Both the position numbers and the translations under genes were made by a program. Shown piece by piece: positions 47,550 through 58,718 of a stretch of DNA of 64,000 bases. Location: contig CBDIIB010000005.1 in the NCBI GenBank assembly GCA_965279525.1, forward strand, positions 320,001 to 384,000, read 5' to 3'. Each line of letters opens with the position of its first letter. The stretch's first letter is position 1. The stretch is from Tagaea sp. (GTDB lineage: Bacteria > Pseudomonadota > Alphaproteobacteria > CACIAM-22H2). The notes below the pieces were generated by a model that saw only the letters and a program-made list of their open reading frames with translations, ran no database searches and was not told where the DNA came from.

Positions 47550-48139
47550 GTCCGGTCCGCCGTTTCGAAATGCCGGGTCAGTGCATCGACGACGCGCGAC
47601 GTCGTCTCGTCGGGCGGCGATTCGAGCGACTGCACGTGGATGTCGGCTTGCGCATAGACCGGATAGCGCGTCTCCATCAGGCCCGCGAGGATCTCGCGCG
47701 GGTCGCCGCTGTGCAGCAGCGGCCGGTTCGTGCGCCGCGCGGTCCGCCGGACCAGCGTGTCGAGATCGGCCCGGAGCCAAATCGAAAGGCCGGCCGCCTT
47801 GACCGCCGCACGCGTGTCCGCGTCCATGAAGGCGCCGCCGCCCGTCGCCAGCACGCAGCGTGGGCCCGCGAGCAGGCGCGCGATCACGCGCCGTTCGCCG
47901 TCGCGGAAGGCCGGTTCGCCGAAGCGCGCGAAGATTTCCGGGATGGTGCAGCCGGCAGCCTGTTCGATTTCCTTGTCTGTGTCGACGAAGGGCAGATCCA
48001 GGCGTGCGGCCAGTCGCTTGCCGATCGCGGTCTTGCCTGCCCCCATCAGCCCGACCATGACGATCGAGCGGTCGACCGGCGGCAGTCCGGAGCGCACCGC
48101 CGGGGAAGCCGGCAGTTCGTTTTGGGTCGCATCGATCAT
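47546..48139 (-). CDS. aroK: Shikimate kinase
   Basis: [17 protein letters not shown] and ATGGGA motifs. Confidence 0.95.
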   Translation of the reverse strand: MIDATQNELPASPAVRSGLPPVDRSIVMVGLMGAGKTAIGKRLAARLDLPFVDTDKEIEQAAGCTIPEIFARFGEPAFRDGERRVIARLLAGPRCVLATGGGAFMDADTRAAVKAAGLSIWLRADLDTLVRRTARRTNRPLLHSGDPREILAGLMETRYPVYAQADIHVQSLESPPDETTSRVVDALTRHFETADRT

Positions 48140-48314
48140 GGCGGCTAGACCGGGGACGCGAATCGCCGTTCCGGTGTTTCAAACCGGGTCTGGGCTTCGC
48201 CTTTCCTCTTGCACGGGCGCGTCATAAACCGGAGTGTAGCAAAGCACGGCCCGACTCGCACGGCTCGCCGTTCGAATCCCGTGTTATGATTTTAAAACAA
48301 GGACTTGTACGGAT

Positions 48315-48455
48315 ATGCGTCGCCCGCTTGCGCTGGCTCTGATCGGCCTTCTGGTCATTCTCGCCGGCTTCGTGGCCTTCCTCGCCACCTGGGAAATCCC
48401 CGCGCCGACCGCGCGCATCGAAAAGACCATCCCCAATGACCGCCTTCCCCGCTAG
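48315..48455 (+). CDS. Small single-TM protein (46 aa), absent from the ORF track
   Basis: MRRPLALALIGLLVILAGFVAFLATWEIPAPTARIEKTIPNDRLPR; host-like codon usage; overlaps the next gene's start. Confidence 0.7.
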   Translation: MRRPLALALIGLLVILAGFVAFLATWEIPAPTARIEKTIPNDRLPR

Positions 48456-50214
48456 GCCCCGCCCCCTCGTGCTTGCCCTGCTGGCCGGCCTCGCCGCCGG
48501 CCCGGCCTTCGGCCAGGGCACGCCGATGCCCCTGCTGGTGCCGCCGGGCCGCGAAGCGCCGCGACCGGCCGCTCCGCCGGAGCCGGCCGCAGGCCCGGCC
48601 CTGCGCGGTCCCGCCGGCATCGAGATCGAGAACGCGCGGCCGATGGACACCGAAGGCGTGGGCCTCATCGATGCGGCCAATGGCGGTCTTGCCGCCGAAG
48701 CCTGGGCGACCAGCAACCGCGCCCTGGCCGAGCGGCTGGTCCGCGACCTGCCGGCCCCCATCGCCTCGACGCCGGCGCGGGCACTCGCGACGCGCGCCCT
48801 CGTCTCGGCAAGCGGTGCGCCGGCCGGCGACAGCAAGACGAATTTCGCCGCCCTTCGCGCCCTCAAGCTGCGCCAGATCGGCGACATCGCTGCGGCGGCG
48901 GATCTCGCCGGGCGCATCCCGCAGCGCACCGGCGACGAGAACCTGCTGCGCATCCTGATCGACGAAGCCTGGCTTGCCGGGGCCGACGAGCGCGCCTGCG
49001 GCCATGTGCGCGAAGCGCTCGCCGTCTCGCGCCACGCGGATTTCCAGAAGGCGCTGATGTTCTGCCAGGCGCTTGCCGGCGATTCCAACCGCGCCCAGCT
49101 CGGCCTTGCCATGCTGCGCGACCAGGGCGTGCCGGAAGACGCCGCCTTCGTCACGCTGCTGCTTGCCGCCGGCGGCGACGGCAAGGGCATCAAGGTCGAT
49201 ACCTTGCGCAACGCAAGCCCGCTGTCGCTGGCGATGCTGCGTTCGGCGAAGGTCGCGCCGCCGGCCGATACGGCCCAGTCGGCCGATCCTGCGGTGCTCG
49301 CGAGCCTTGCCAAAGGCAGCCTCGGCACGCCGGAGTTCCGCCTTGCGGCCGGCGAGCGCGCCGAAGCCTTCGGCGTGCTTGCCGCCGAGGCACTGGGCGA
49401 ACTCTACGCGGCCATCGAACTCACGCCGGCCCAGATGAACGATGCCGCCGCCTTCGCGCGCCAGGACGGCGGGCCGAAGGGGCGGGCCGCCCTCTATAAG
49501 GCCGCGAAGGCGGCGACGGATCCGGCCCAGCGCCTGGCCGCCCTCCAGCGCCTGTGGCGTCATGGCCGCGAACGCGGCGGCTATGCCACGCTCGCGCGCG
49601 TCAGCCTTGGCCTGCTCGCCGATGTCCCGGCATCGCCCGAGCATGCGGCCGCCGCCGGCGACGTCGCGCGTGCCCTGCTGATGGCGGGGCGCGAGGACGA
49701 CGCACTTGGCTGGATGCGCTTCGCGCGCGCCGCCCAGATCGGCGGCAACGCCGATGCCGAGACGCAGGTCGCCGGCTTCTGGCTGCTGGCCACGCTGGGC
49801 GGATTGCAGTGGGACGGCCCGCGCGATCCCGCCCGCCTCGACGCGTGGCGCCAGGCACAGGAACGCATCGACGCGCGCGCGGCACCCGCACGCGCCGCAC
49901 TCGGCATCACGCTGCTGAGCGGCCTTGGCCACCTGCCGCCGGGTGGTGCCGTGATCGCGCTTGTGCAAGGCCCGTTCGAACGGCTGAGCGTGCCGATGCC
50001 AAGCCCCGTGCTGTGGACCGGCCTGCACGAAGCCGCGATCGGCGGGCGCACCGCCGAGACCGCGTTGCTGGCGGTCCATCTGCTGGGGGCCGAAGGTGCC
50101 GCAGGCGCCAGTCCCTATGCGCTGCTCGCCGTCCTCGACGGGCTGCGCGCCGTCGGCTTCGAGGAGACCGCACGCCGGCTCGCCCTCGAAGCGGCGATCG
50201 CGTCGGGGCTCTAG
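48436..50214 (+). CDS. Exported alpha-helical hypothetical protein upstream of xerD
   Basis: Signal peptide, Pro-rich linker, long Ala-rich helical body with host codon usage. Confidence 0.75.
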   Translation: MTAFPARPRPLVLALLAGLAAGPAFGQGTPMPLLVPPGREAPRPAAPPEPAAGPALRGPAGIEIENARPMDTEGVGLIDAANGGLAAEAWATSNRALAERLVRDLPAPIASTPARALATRALVSASGAPAGDSKTNFAALRALKLRQIGDIAAAADLAGRIPQRTGDENLLRILIDEAWLAGADERACGHVREALAVSRHADFQKALMFCQALAGDSNRAQLGLAMLRDQGVPEDAAFVTLLLAAGGDGKGIKVDTLRNASPLSLAMLRSAKVAPPADTAQSADPAVLASLAKGSLGTPEFRLAAGERAEAFGVLAAEALGELYAAIELTPAQMNDAAAFARQDGGPKGRAALYKAAKAATDPAQRLAALQRLWRHGRERGGYATLARVSLGLLADVPASPEHAAAAGDVARALLMAGREDDALGWMRFARAAQIGGNADAETQVAGFWLLATLGGLQWDGPRDPARLDAWRQAQERIDARAAPARAALGITLLSGLGHLPPGGAVIALVQGPFERLSVPMPSPVLWTGLHEAAIGGRTAETALLAVHLLGAEGAAGASPYALLAVLDGLRAVGFEETARRLALEAAIASGL

Positions 50215-50218
50215 GCGC

Positions 50219-51160
50219 ATGGCGCGCGGCCGGCCGGCAGGTGCGAAAGCCGGCCTGTCGGCGCCCGCGGAAAACTTCATCGAGATGCTGCGCGCGACAC
50301 GCAACGCATCGGCCAATACCGAGCGCGCCTATCGCGGCGACATCGCGGATTACGAAAGCTTCCTCGGGAAACGCGGGGCAAGCGCGCTCGACGTCGATGC
50401 CGCTGCGGCGCGTGCCTACCTGAAGCAGATCGCACAGGCGGGACTTGCGCCGCGCAGTGCGGCCCGCCGGCTTTCGGCCTTGCGCCAGATGCACCGCTTC
50501 CTCGTCTCCGAAGGGCTGCGCGCCGACGATCCGCTCGCCACGCTGGACGCACCGCGCGTGGGCCGGGCGCTCCCGAAGATCCTGTCGGAGGACGAGGTGC
50601 GCGCCCTCCTCGATGCCGCGAAGGCGCTTGACGGGATCGACGGCACGCGCCTCGTGTGCATCCTCGAGATCCTCTATTCGAGCGGGCTGCGCGTCTCCGA
50701 ACTCGCGGGGCTGAAGCTTGCTTCGCTGTCGCGCGACGGGCGCTTCCTGATCGTGCGCGGCAAGGGCGACAAGGAACGCCTGATCCCGCTCGCTGCCCCG
50801 GCCCTTGCCGCCCTCGAAGCGTGGCGGGCCGCCCGCACGCGCGAGTTCCCGCTCGCCGCCAAGTCACGCTTCCTGTTCCCCACGCGCGCCGTCTCCGGCC
50901 ACCTGACGCCGGCGCGCATCGCGCAGCTGCTGAAGGCGCTGGCCCCGAAGGCCGGGATCGATCCGCGCCGGCTGTCGCCCCACGTGCTGCGCCATGCCTT
51001 CGCGAGCCATCTCGTCGACCGCGGGGCGGACCTGCGCGCCGTCCAGCAGATGCTGGGCCACGCCGACATCGCGACCACGCAGATCTACACGCATGTCGGC
51101 GGCGAGCGCCTGAAACGCCTTGTCGCCACGCACCATCCGCTTGCCCGTCGGCGCCACTAG
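50219..51160 (+). CDS. xerD: Chromosomal tyrosine recombinase XerD
   Basis: SGLRVSEL, GKGDKER, SPHVLRHAFASHL and LGHADIATTQIYTHV motifs. Confidence 0.92.
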   Translation: MARGRPAGAKAGLSAPAENFIEMLRATRNASANTERAYRGDIADYESFLGKRGASALDVDAAAARAYLKQIAQAGLAPRSAARRLSALRQMHRFLVSEGLRADDPLATLDAPRVGRALPKILSEDEVRALLDAAKALDGIDGTRLVCILEILYSSGLRVSELAGLKLASLSRDGRFLIVRGKGDKERLIPLAAPALAALEAWRAARTREFPLAAKSRFLFPTRAVSGHLTPARIAQLLKALAPKAGIDPRRLSPHVLRHAFASHLVDRGADLRAVQQMLGHADIATTQIYTHVGGERLKRLVATHHPLARRRH

Positions 51161-51201
51161 AGGCTACGTTCCAGACCTGCTCTTTTTGAGGAAATCCGCT
51201 C

Positions 51202-53220
51202 ATGGCCGCGAAGAAGAAGCCCGTCAAGAAAGCCCCCGCCAAGAAGGCCGTCAAGAAGCCTGACCCCAAGAAAGCAGCGGCCAAGAAGCCGGTCGCCAAG
51301 AAGGTGCTGCCCAAAAAGGTCGTCGCCAAAAAGCCGGCGCCCAAGCCGGTCGCGAAGAAGGTCGCCGCCAAGCCGGCCCCCAAGCTGGCGGCCAAGAAGC
51401 CCGCCCCCAAGATCGTCGCGAAGCCGGCGGCAAAGCCGGTCGCCAAAACCGTCGCCGCGAAGCCGATGCCTGTCGCCAAGCCCGTCGCCAAGCCGGTCGT
51501 GGCCGCCAAGCCCGTGCCGGTGGCAAAGCCGGTCGTGGCCAAGCCGGTGGCCCCGCCGCCGCCGCCCAAGCCCGTCGTCAAGCCGCCCGTGAAGGGGCCC
51601 GGCGGCACGGTGCTGCCCGACGACGGCGTCAAGCTCGACGCGAAGATCACGCCCGACCAGCTGACGATCCTCACGCCCGAAGCGCTCGCCTTCGTCGTCG
51701 AGCTCGAGCGCAAGTTCGGTGCCCGCCGCCATGAACTGCTCGCCGCGCGCGTCGAGCGCCAGAAGCGCCTCGATGCCGGCGAGCGGCCCGACTTCCTGCC
51801 GCAGACGCGCTCGGTGCGCGAGGCGGAATGGACCGTGGCCCCGCTGCCCAAGGACATCCTCGACCGCCGCGTCGAGATCACCGGGCCCGTCGACCGCAAG
51901 ATGGTCATCAACGCGCTCAACTCCGGCGCCAACGTGTTCATGGCCGATTTCGAGGATGCCTCGACGCCGACCTGGGCCAACCTGATCGAGGGCCACGTCA
52001 ACCTGCGCGACGCCAACGCCGGCACGATCGCGTTCACCGATCCCAAGACCGCCAAGGCCTACAAGCTCAACCCCAAGCATGCCGTGCTGTTCGTGCGCCC
52101 GCGCGGCTGGGCGCTGCCCGAGAAGCACCTCACCGTCGACGGCAAGCCGATGTCGGGTTCGCTGTTCGATTTCGGCATGTACTTCTTCCATAACGCCAAG
52201 CAGCTGCTGAAGAAGGGCTCGGGCCCGTATTTCTACCTGCCGAAGATGGAAAGCCATCTCGAAGCGCGCCTGTGGAACGACGTGTTCGTCCACGCGCAGG
52301 AGAAGCTCGGCGTCAAGCGCGGCTCGATCAAGGCAACAGTGTTGATCGAGACGATCCTCGCCGCGTTCGAGATGGACGAGATCCTCAACGAGCTGCGCGA
52401 GCACTCGGCCGGCCTCAATTGCGGGCGCTGGGACTACATCTTCAGTTTCATCAAGAAGTTCGCCGAGCAGCCCAACTACCTGATGCCCGACCGCGGCCAG
52501 GTGACGATGACCTCGCACTTCATGCGCTCGTACAGCCAGCTGCTGATCAAGACGTGCCACCGGCGCAACGTGCACGCGATGGGCGGCATGGCCGCCCAGA
52601 TCCCGATCAAGGACGATCCGGCCGCCAACGAGGCCGCGATGGCCAAGGTGCGCGCCGACAAGGACCGCGAGGCGACCGACGGCCACGACGGCACGTGGGT
52701 GGCGCATCCGGGTCTCGTTCCCATCGCCAAGGCGGTGTTCGACGAGAAGATGAAGGACGCCAACCAGATCGCGCGCAAGCGCCAGGACGTGCATGTCGTG
52801 GCGGCCGACCTCATCCAGGTGCCGGCCGGCACGATGACGGAAGCGGGCCTGCGGCAGAACTGCGCGGTGGGCATCGGCTATCTGGAAGCGTGGCTGCGCG
52901 GCCTTGGCTGCGTGCCGCTCTACAACCTGATGGAAGACGCCGCGACCGCCGAGATCAGCCGCGCGCAGGTCTGGCAGCAGCTGCGCCACTCGGCCACGCT
53001 CGAGGACGGGCGCGCGGTCGACAAGGCGATGATGCGCAAGATCGTCGAGGAGGAACTCGACAAGATCCGCAAGTCGGTCGGCGCCGAACGCTACGGCAAA
53101 GGGCGCTTCAAGGAAGCGGCGAAGATGTTCATCGAGCTGTGCGAGGCCGACCGCTTCCCCGACTTCCTGACGATCCCGGCCTATGACTGGATCATCGCGA
53201 ACGAGTCGAAGATCGGGTGA
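51202..53220 (+). CDS. aceB: Malate synthase A with ~135-aa Lys/Ala/Pro/Val-rich histone-H1-like N-terminal extension
   Basis: [26 protein letters not shown] and [12 protein letters not shown] motifs; extension in frame, GAGG RBS at its ATG. Confidence 0.93.
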   Translation: MAAKKKPVKKAPAKKAVKKPDPKKAAAKKPVAKKVLPKKVVAKKPAPKPVAKKVAAKPAPKLAAKKPAPKIVAKPAAKPVAKTVAAKPMPVAKPVAKPVVAAKPVPVAKPVVAKPVAPPPPPKPVVKPPVKGPGGTVLPDDGVKLDAKITPDQLTILTPEALAFVVELERKFGARRHELLAARVERQKRLDAGERPDFLPQTRSVREAEWTVAPLPKDILDRRVEITGPVDRKMVINALNSGANVFMADFEDASTPTWANLIEGHVNLRDANAGTIAFTDPKTAKAYKLNPKHAVLFVRPRGWALPEKHLTVDGKPMSGSLFDFGMYFFHNAKQLLKKGSGPYFYLPKMESHLEARLWNDVFVHAQEKLGVKRGSIKATVLIETILAAFEMDEILNELREHSAGLNCGRWDYIFSFIKKFAEQPNYLMPDRGQVTMTSHFMRSYSQLLIKTCHRRNVHAMGGMAAQIPIKDDPAANEAAMAKVRADKDREATDGHDGTWVAHPGLVPIAKAVFDEKMKDANQIARKRQDVHVVAADLIQVPAGTMTEAGLRQNCAVGIGYLEAWLRGLGCVPLYNLMEDAATAEISRAQVWQQLRHSATLEDGRAVDKAMMRKIVEEELDKIRKSVGAERYGKGRFKEAAKMFIELCEADRFPDFLTIPAYDWIIANESKIG

Positions 53221-53229
53221 GGTCCCGGG

Positions 53230-53262
53230 AAACAGGTTACCACCGGTTACGGTAACCTGTTT
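53230..53262 (+). terminator. Stem-loop after aceB (possible terminator)
   Basis: AAACAGGTTACC-N9-GGTAACCTGTTT 12-bp inverted repeat. Confidence 0.5.
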
Positions 53263-53355
53263 ATCCCGCTGGAATCGCTTGCAGGTAACTTCCGTGCGCG
53301 CGGCAACGTATGACTCCGACGTTCAGCATCGCGTGTGCATGCCATTAATTTCGCG

Positions 53356-53394
53356 GACGGATCGATGCGACACGCGACGTCGCATCGATCCGTC
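53356..53394. repeat. Perfect 16-bp inverted repeat
   Basis: GACGGATCGATGCGAC-N7-GTCGCATCGATCCGTC. Confidence 0.75.
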
Positions 53395-53658
53395 ACGCAA
53401 ATCTTGCAGTCATATTCGATTGTCAAAGAGCACGTCCCGAGGGTGTGAATATATTTACACACCCTGCAATTGTCAAGATAAATAGCCTATAATATTTCCG
53501 CCGGGACAAGCCCGGTAAAAGTCCAGCCGGGCAATGCCCAATGCCGCGACTTCCGGAACCATCCCTATGGAAGGATGCCGGATACGGCACGCGCGGAATT
53601 CGACTTGAATTATCCTTAGAGTGTATATAATTCAGCCGGGTAATCTGAGGTGTGTTAA

Positions 53659-54447
53659 ATGCTGAAGACTGTTTGCGTCATCGGTTCGATGCTGATTTCC
53701 GTGCTGGTACCGCAGTGCCTGGCACAGTCGATCCACGAGCAACCAAATGGCACCCGGATCCTCGGAAGCTTCCAACTCGGCTCGGTAACGGTTCCCCTGC
53801 CGCCGGGAGAGTGGGTCCTGAACGGGCGAGGCGTATTCACTGTGAACGCGTCGACCGGTCCTCTTAAGGTCGGCGAAGCCTATCTGTCCGAGTCGAAAGA
53901 CGGCAAGGTGACCCGCATCATCTACGCGCGCGCGAATCTGGGCGGGGAATCGACCGGAGGCGGATGGACTCGCGACAGGAACGTCTGCGACCGGGTCAAC
54001 GTGATCCACGCCGAGTTCGACCGGCACTTCAATCCCAAGGAAGCCAAGTGCTGGATGGTGACCCATTTCTTCGATGGAACGCCGAACAATCCGTCCGACG
54101 CCTTCAGGGAATTCTACGCGTCACTCGCACAAAGCAAGCTCGATACGCCGAAGCTGCGCCTCAGTGCGGTCTATTTCCTGACGGACGCGACGAACTTCGT
54201 CTACGTGAACTACGCGTTCAATCCAGAGATCGTCGGCGTTCCGCTGGGAAGTCTCGAGCGCTGGGATTCGAGCGAATGGAATATCTTGCGAATCAACCTG
54301 TTCCCCGACCGCGTGAAATTCGCCGGAACGATCAAGTCGTTCGGTGAAGCGATGCTTCCCTTCGTCGAAAAAGGCCTGCAAGGCCGCATCAAGGCCGGCG
54401 AGTACGTTCCCGTCACGATCGAAGGCTGGCCGACCGGCGCGCAGTGA
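53659..54447 (+). CDS. Secreted hypothetical protein
   Basis: Signal peptide (..QCLA|QS); lower GC than neighbours; GAGG RBS. Confidence 0.75.
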   Translation: MLKTVCVIGSMLISVLVPQCLAQSIHEQPNGTRILGSFQLGSVTVPLPPGEWVLNGRGVFTVNASTGPLKVGEAYLSESKDGKVTRIIYARANLGGESTGGGWTRDRNVCDRVNVIHAEFDRHFNPKEAKCWMVTHFFDGTPNNPSDAFREFYASLAQSKLDTPKLRLSAVYFLTDATNFVYVNYAFNPEIVGVPLGSLERWDSSEWNILRINLFPDRVKFAGTIKSFGEAMLPFVEKGLQGRIKAGEYVPVTIEGWPTGAQ

Positions 54448-54515
54448 CCGAGGCAGCCTGCCGCCGGCGGCAGACCAATTCCCGTGATCGGCAGGGTACT
54501 TCATGCAACCGAACT

Positions 54516-54548
54516 CGTGGATGCCCGGGACAAGCCCGGGCATCCACG
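54516..54548. repeat. Alphaproteobacterial REP-like palindrome
   Basis: CGTGGATGCCCGGG-ACAAG-CCCGGGCATCCACG; partial copy CCGGGACAAGCCCGG at 53501-53515. Confidence 0.7.
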
Positions 54549-54561
54549 GCTTTTGTGATTT

Positions 54562-55263
54562 CTACCCGCCCGGCTTCAGCGCCGCCGCCCCCATCACGCG
54601 GCCATCCGCGCCCTGCACGAGCACGGCGAAGCCGGGGCCGGTTTCGGCCGGCACACGCCATTCGCCGGCGACCGTGCCGGCGACGCCCAGCGTTTCGACC
54701 GAGCGCACGATGTTGGTGTTGGCAAGTGCCCGCCCGCCATTCTCGCCGGTGGTCACGCGCGTGACGTGGGCGGGCACGAACGAAACGAGCTGCACGCTGG
54801 TGCGTCCCATCCCTTCGACCGGCCCGACCTGCACGACGAGCTCGCCCGCCTCGCGCACGAGCTTCACGTCGACGGTCTGGCGGGCGCGCGCCGCCGCGAT
54901 CGCGCGCGCGACGGCCCGGCGGTCGGAGCCGACCATCTCGGCCGTGCCGTCCACGACGGCCTGTGGCGTATAGACGGTGCGCAGGCCCAGCCTGTGCGCG
55001 TAGGCACGCTGGCGGGCCGTGGCCATCGGCGAGGAGAACGGGTCCTTCCAGCCGAGCCGGTCCCAGTAATCGACATGGAACGACAGCGCCAGCACGTCGT
55101 CGCGCCGGGCAAGCTCGCCCAGCAGCAGGTCGGCCGGCGGGCAGGACGAACAGCCCTGCGAGGTGAAAAGCTCGACCACGACCGGCCGGTCGGCCGCCGA
55201 AGCCGCAGGGATGGCGCCCAGGGCCGCAAAGCCTGCGAATGCCGCGAGGATATAGCTGTTCAT
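54562..55263 (-). CDS. DUF1223-family thioredoxin-like secreted protein
   Basis: VVELFTSQGCSSCPPAD, HVDYWDRLGWKDPF and YTPQ motifs. Confidence 0.9.
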   Translation of the reverse strand: MNSYILAAFAGFAALGAIPAASAADRPVVVELFTSQGCSSCPPADLLLGELARRDDVLALSFHVDYWDRLGWKDPFSSPMATARQRAYAHRLGLRTVYTPQAVVDGTAEMVGSDRRAVARAIAAARARQTVDVKLVREAGELVVQVGPVEGMGRTSVQLVSFVPAHVTRVTTGENGGRALANTNIVRSVETLGVAGTVAGEWRVPAETGPGFAVLVQGADGRVMGAAALKPGG

Positions 55264-55348
55264 GCCTTCCGGTTCGCGCGTCCGGCCCCCGGAGTTACGG
55301 GCGATTCCCTTTGAATCTCCCCGGAAAATGCGGTGAATATCGGCCGGC

Positions 55349-56293
55349 ATGACCGACCCCATCCCCAGCCGCCTCAACCGCACCGAACTGGCCGTTCCGG
55401 CCAGCCGGCCCGAGCTGTTCGCCAAGGCGGCCCGCTCGGCCGCCGACGTCGTGTTCCTCGATCTCGAGGACGCGGTCGCCCCGGGCGACAAGGCCAAGGC
55501 GCGCAAGAACGCGGTCGAGGGGCTCAACGACATCGACTGGGAGGCGGTCGGCAAGACCGTTTCCGTGCGCGTCAACGGCTTCGACAGCGAATGGCTCTAC
55601 CGCGATCTCGTCGATCTGGTGGAGAAGGCCGGCGACCGTCTGCACATGATCATGCTGCCCAAGGTCACGCGGCCCGAGGAGGTCATCGCGGTCGATCTGT
55701 GGATCTCGCAGATCGAGCGCGCGAAGAAACTCACGCGGCGCATCGGGCTCGAACTGCTGGTCGAGTCCGCGCAGGGCATCGCCAATGCCGAGGCGATCGC
55801 TTCGGCAAGCAGCCGGACCGAATCGCTCGTGTTCGGCGTGGGCGATTTCGCCGCATCCACCGGCATGCGCACGACCAATATCGGCGGCCTGTCGCGCCAG
55901 TACATGGTCGAGGGGCGCATGGCCGACATCTGGCACTACGCGCTCGCCCGCCTTGTCGTGGCCGCGCGTGCCGCCGGCAAGCGGCCGATCGACGGACCTT
56001 ATGCCGATTTCAACGATTCGATCGGCATGAAGGAATCGGCCCTGCGTGCGGCGGCCCTGGGCTGCGAGGGCAAGATGGTGATCCACCCCTCGCAGATCGA
56101 CGAAGTCAACGAGGTCTTCACGCCCGACCCGATGGAGATCGAGCGCGCGCGCGCGATTCTGCTGGCCATGGAAGAGGCCGCCGCGAAGGGCCAGGGTGCG
56201 GCCGCCTTCGAGGGCCGGCTCATCGACATCGCCTCGATCCGCCAGGCCGAGGCGCTGGTCGCCAAGGCGGCCCGGATCCGCTCGGGCATGTAG
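55349..56293 (+). CDS. CoA-ester lyase (CitE/malyl-CoA lyase family)
   Basis: RTELAVPAS, FLDLEDAVAP, PIDGPY and GCEGKMVIHPSQI motifs. Confidence 0.88.
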   Translation: MTDPIPSRLNRTELAVPASRPELFAKAARSAADVVFLDLEDAVAPGDKAKARKNAVEGLNDIDWEAVGKTVSVRVNGFDSEWLYRDLVDLVEKAGDRLHMIMLPKVTRPEEVIAVDLWISQIERAKKLTRRIGLELLVESAQGIANAEAIASASSRTESLVFGVGDFAASTGMRTTNIGGLSRQYMVEGRMADIWHYALARLVVAARAAGKRPIDGPYADFNDSIGMKESALRAAALGCEGKMVIHPSQIDEVNEVFTPDPMEIERARAILLAMEEAAAKGQGAAAFEGRLIDIASIRQAEALVAKAARIRSGM

Positions 56294-56342
56294 CGGGCGA
56301 ATGCTCGTGACCCCCCCTTCCCTTGTGCTATAGACCCCCGCC

Positions 56343-57296
56343 ATGGCGCACTATCTGGAATTCGAAAAGCCGATCGCCGAACTCGAAGGCAAGATCGAGG
56401 AGCTGAAACGCCTCACCGGCGACGGCACCCTCAACATCGCCGACGAGGTCGCGAAGCTTCAGGGCAAGGTCGACCGGCAGATCCGCGCGGTCTACGGCAA
56501 GCTGACCGCATGGCAGAAGGTGCAGGTCGCCCGCCATCCCGAGCGGCCGCACTGCTCGGATTACATCGCCGGACTGATCGAGGAATTCACGCCGCTCGCC
56601 GGCGACCGGCTGTTCGCCGACGACAAGGCGATCATCGGCGGCATCGGCCGCCTGCAGGGCCGCTCGGTCGTCGTGTTGGGCCACGAGAAGGGCTCGGACA
56701 CCGAATCGCGCATCAAGCACAATTTCGGCATGGCGCGGCCCGAGGGCTACCGCAAGGCCCAGCGCCTGTTCGAGCTTGCCGACCGCTTCAAGCTGCCGGT
56801 CGTCGCCCTCGTCGACACCGCCGGCGCCTATCCCGGCATCGACGCCGAGGCGCGCGGCCAGGCCGAGGCCATCGCCAAGACGATCGAGGTTTCCTTGCGC
56901 GTGCGCGTGCCCTTCGTGGCGGCCATCGTGGGCGAAGGCGGCTCGGGCGGCGCCATCGCCATCGCGTCGGCCAACAAGGTGCTGATGCTCGAGCATTCGA
57001 TCTATTCGGTCATCTCGCCGGAAGGCTGCGCCTCGATCCTGTGGCGTGCGGGCGACCAGGCGCAGACGGCGGCCGAAGCGCTGAAGCTGACGGCCCAGGA
57101 TCTCTACAAGCTCGGCATCATCGACGGAATCGTGTCCGAGCCGCTCGGCGGCGGGCATCGCGGCAAGGCCGAGACGATCGCGGCCCTCGGCGAAGCGATC
57201 GGCCGGGCGCTTGGCGAGATGAAGGGTGTCGACGGCGGCGTGCTGCGCGCGCGCCGGCGCGAGAAGTTCCTCGACATGGGCCGCAAGGGCCTGTGA
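56343..57296 (+). CDS. accA: Acetyl-CoA carboxylase carboxyltransferase alpha subunit
   Basis: [23 protein letters not shown] and [14 protein letters not shown] motifs. Confidence 0.97.
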   Translation: MAHYLEFEKPIAELEGKIEELKRLTGDGTLNIADEVAKLQGKVDRQIRAVYGKLTAWQKVQVARHPERPHCSDYIAGLIEEFTPLAGDRLFADDKAIIGGIGRLQGRSVVVLGHEKGSDTESRIKHNFGMARPEGYRKAQRLFELADRFKLPVVALVDTAGAYPGIDAEARGQAEAIAKTIEVSLRVRVPFVAAIVGEGGSGGAIAIASANKVLMLEHSIYSVISPEGCASILWRAGDQAQTAAEALKLTAQDLYKLGIIDGIVSEPLGGGHRGKAETIAALGEAIGRALGEMKGVDGGVLRARRREKFLDMGRKGL

Positions 57297-58282
57297 GCGG
57301 GCCGGGCGCCCTCTCGGCGCTTGCGGCTTCGATCCGCGCCGGCGACCGGCGCGCACTCGCCCGCGCGATCACGACGGTCGAGTCCACGCTGCCCGAGCAT
57401 CGCGTGCAGGCCGATGCCCTGCTGTCCGAGCTGCGGCCCCATTCGGGCCATGCGGTGCGCGTGGGCATTTCCGGCCCGCCGGGTGCCGGCAAATCCACCT
57501 TCATCGAGGCGTTCGGCCTGCATCTGCTGTCCCTGGGCCGGAAGCCCGCCGTGCTGGCGGTCGATCCGTCCTCGCCGGTTTCGGGCGGCTCGATCCTGGG
57601 CGACAAGACGCGCATGGAACTGCTGGCGCGCGATGAACGCGCGTTCATCCGCCCGTCGCCGTCAGGCGGCACGCTTGGCGGCGTGGCCCGGCGCACGCGC
57701 GAAGCCTCGTTCGTGTGCGAGGCGGCCGGCTTCGACACGGTGCTGATCGAGACGGTCGGCGTGGGCCAGTCGGAAACCGCCGTCGCCGAGATGGTCGATC
57801 TCTTCATGCTGCTGCTGCCGCCGGCGGGCGGCGACGAGCTGCAGGGGATCAAGAAGGGCATCGTGGAGCTGGCCGACCTCGTGGTCATCAACAAGGCCGA
57901 CGGGGACCTGTTGGCCGCCGCCGGGCGCACCGCGTCGGACTACACGGCCGCCCTCCACATGCTGCGCCCGGCCAACGCCGCCTGGCACCCCCCGGTCCTG
58001 AAGATTTCCGCCCTGGAACGGCGCGGGATCGACGGGGTCTGGACGGCCATCGAGGCGCACGGCAAGGCGCTGGGACCGGCCGGGATCGCGGCAAGGCGGG
58101 CCGCCCAGGCCAAGGCGACCCTGTGGCGGGAAATCGGCGATCTGGTGCGCGAAACCCTGACCGGGGAGCCGGCCCTCGCGGCCTTGGTAAAATCCCTGGA
58201 AACCAAGGTTTCCCAAGGGCTTGAAAGCCCCTACGGGGCCGCCGGGCGGGTCGTGGCGGCCCTGCGCGAAGGCGGCGGTTGA
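57293..58282 (+). CDS. meaB: Methylmalonyl-CoA mutase-associated GTPase
   Basis: [39 protein letters not shown] and NKAD motifs. Confidence 0.93.
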   Translation: MSGPGALSALAASIRAGDRRALARAITTVESTLPEHRVQADALLSELRPHSGHAVRVGISGPPGAGKSTFIEAFGLHLLSLGRKPAVLAVDPSSPVSGGSILGDKTRMELLARDERAFIRPSPSGGTLGGVARRTREASFVCEAAGFDTVLIETVGVGQSETAVAEMVDLFMLLLPPAGGDELQGIKKGIVELADLVVINKADGDLLAAAGRTASDYTAALHMLRPANAAWHPPVLKISALERRGIDGVWTAIEAHGKALGPAGIAARRAAQAKATLWREIGDLVRETLTGEPALAALVKSLETKVSQGLESPYGAAGRVVAALREGGG

Positions 58283-58362
58283 CGGCGCCCCCCGAAGCCC
58301 GTAAAACCGCGCCTCTTCGCTTTCGCCCCCCAAAGGGGGCCATTTCCACGGGGATTCGTAAC

Positions 58363-58656
58363 ATGGCGCGCCGCTGCATGGTTACCGGCAAGGGTCCGAT
58401 GGTCGGGAACAACGTCTCGCACGCGAACAACAAGACGAAGCGCCGCTTCCTGCCCAACCTGCAGGACGCCACGCTGCTGTCCGACGTGCTGGGCCGCTCG
58501 GTGCGCGTGCGCATCTCCACCAACGGTCTCAAGACCGTCGAACATGCCGGCGGCCTCGACGCGTGGCTGTCCAAGACTCCGGGCGCAAAGCTCGACAAGG
58601 AAATGCGCCGTCTCAAGGTTCAGGTCGAGACGGCCCTCGAGAAGCGCGCTGCCTGA
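58363..58656 (+). CDS. rpmB: 50S ribosomal protein L28
   Basis: [34 protein letters not shown]. Confidence 0.97.
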   Translation: MARRCMVTGKGPMVGNNVSHANNKTKRRFLPNLQDATLLSDVLGRSVRVRISTNGLKTVEHAGGLDAWLSKTPGAKLDKEMRRLKVQVETALEKRAA

Positions 58657-58718
58657 GCGGGCGGCGCGTGACGGTATAAGCAGAAAACGTCACTCCTTGT
58701 TTCCGATACAAGAACTTC

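Noticed and set aside
50219-51160. Second tyrosine recombinase as a mobile-element integrase
   Set aside because: Canonical XerD motifs, host-like GC, housekeeping context and no att repeats.
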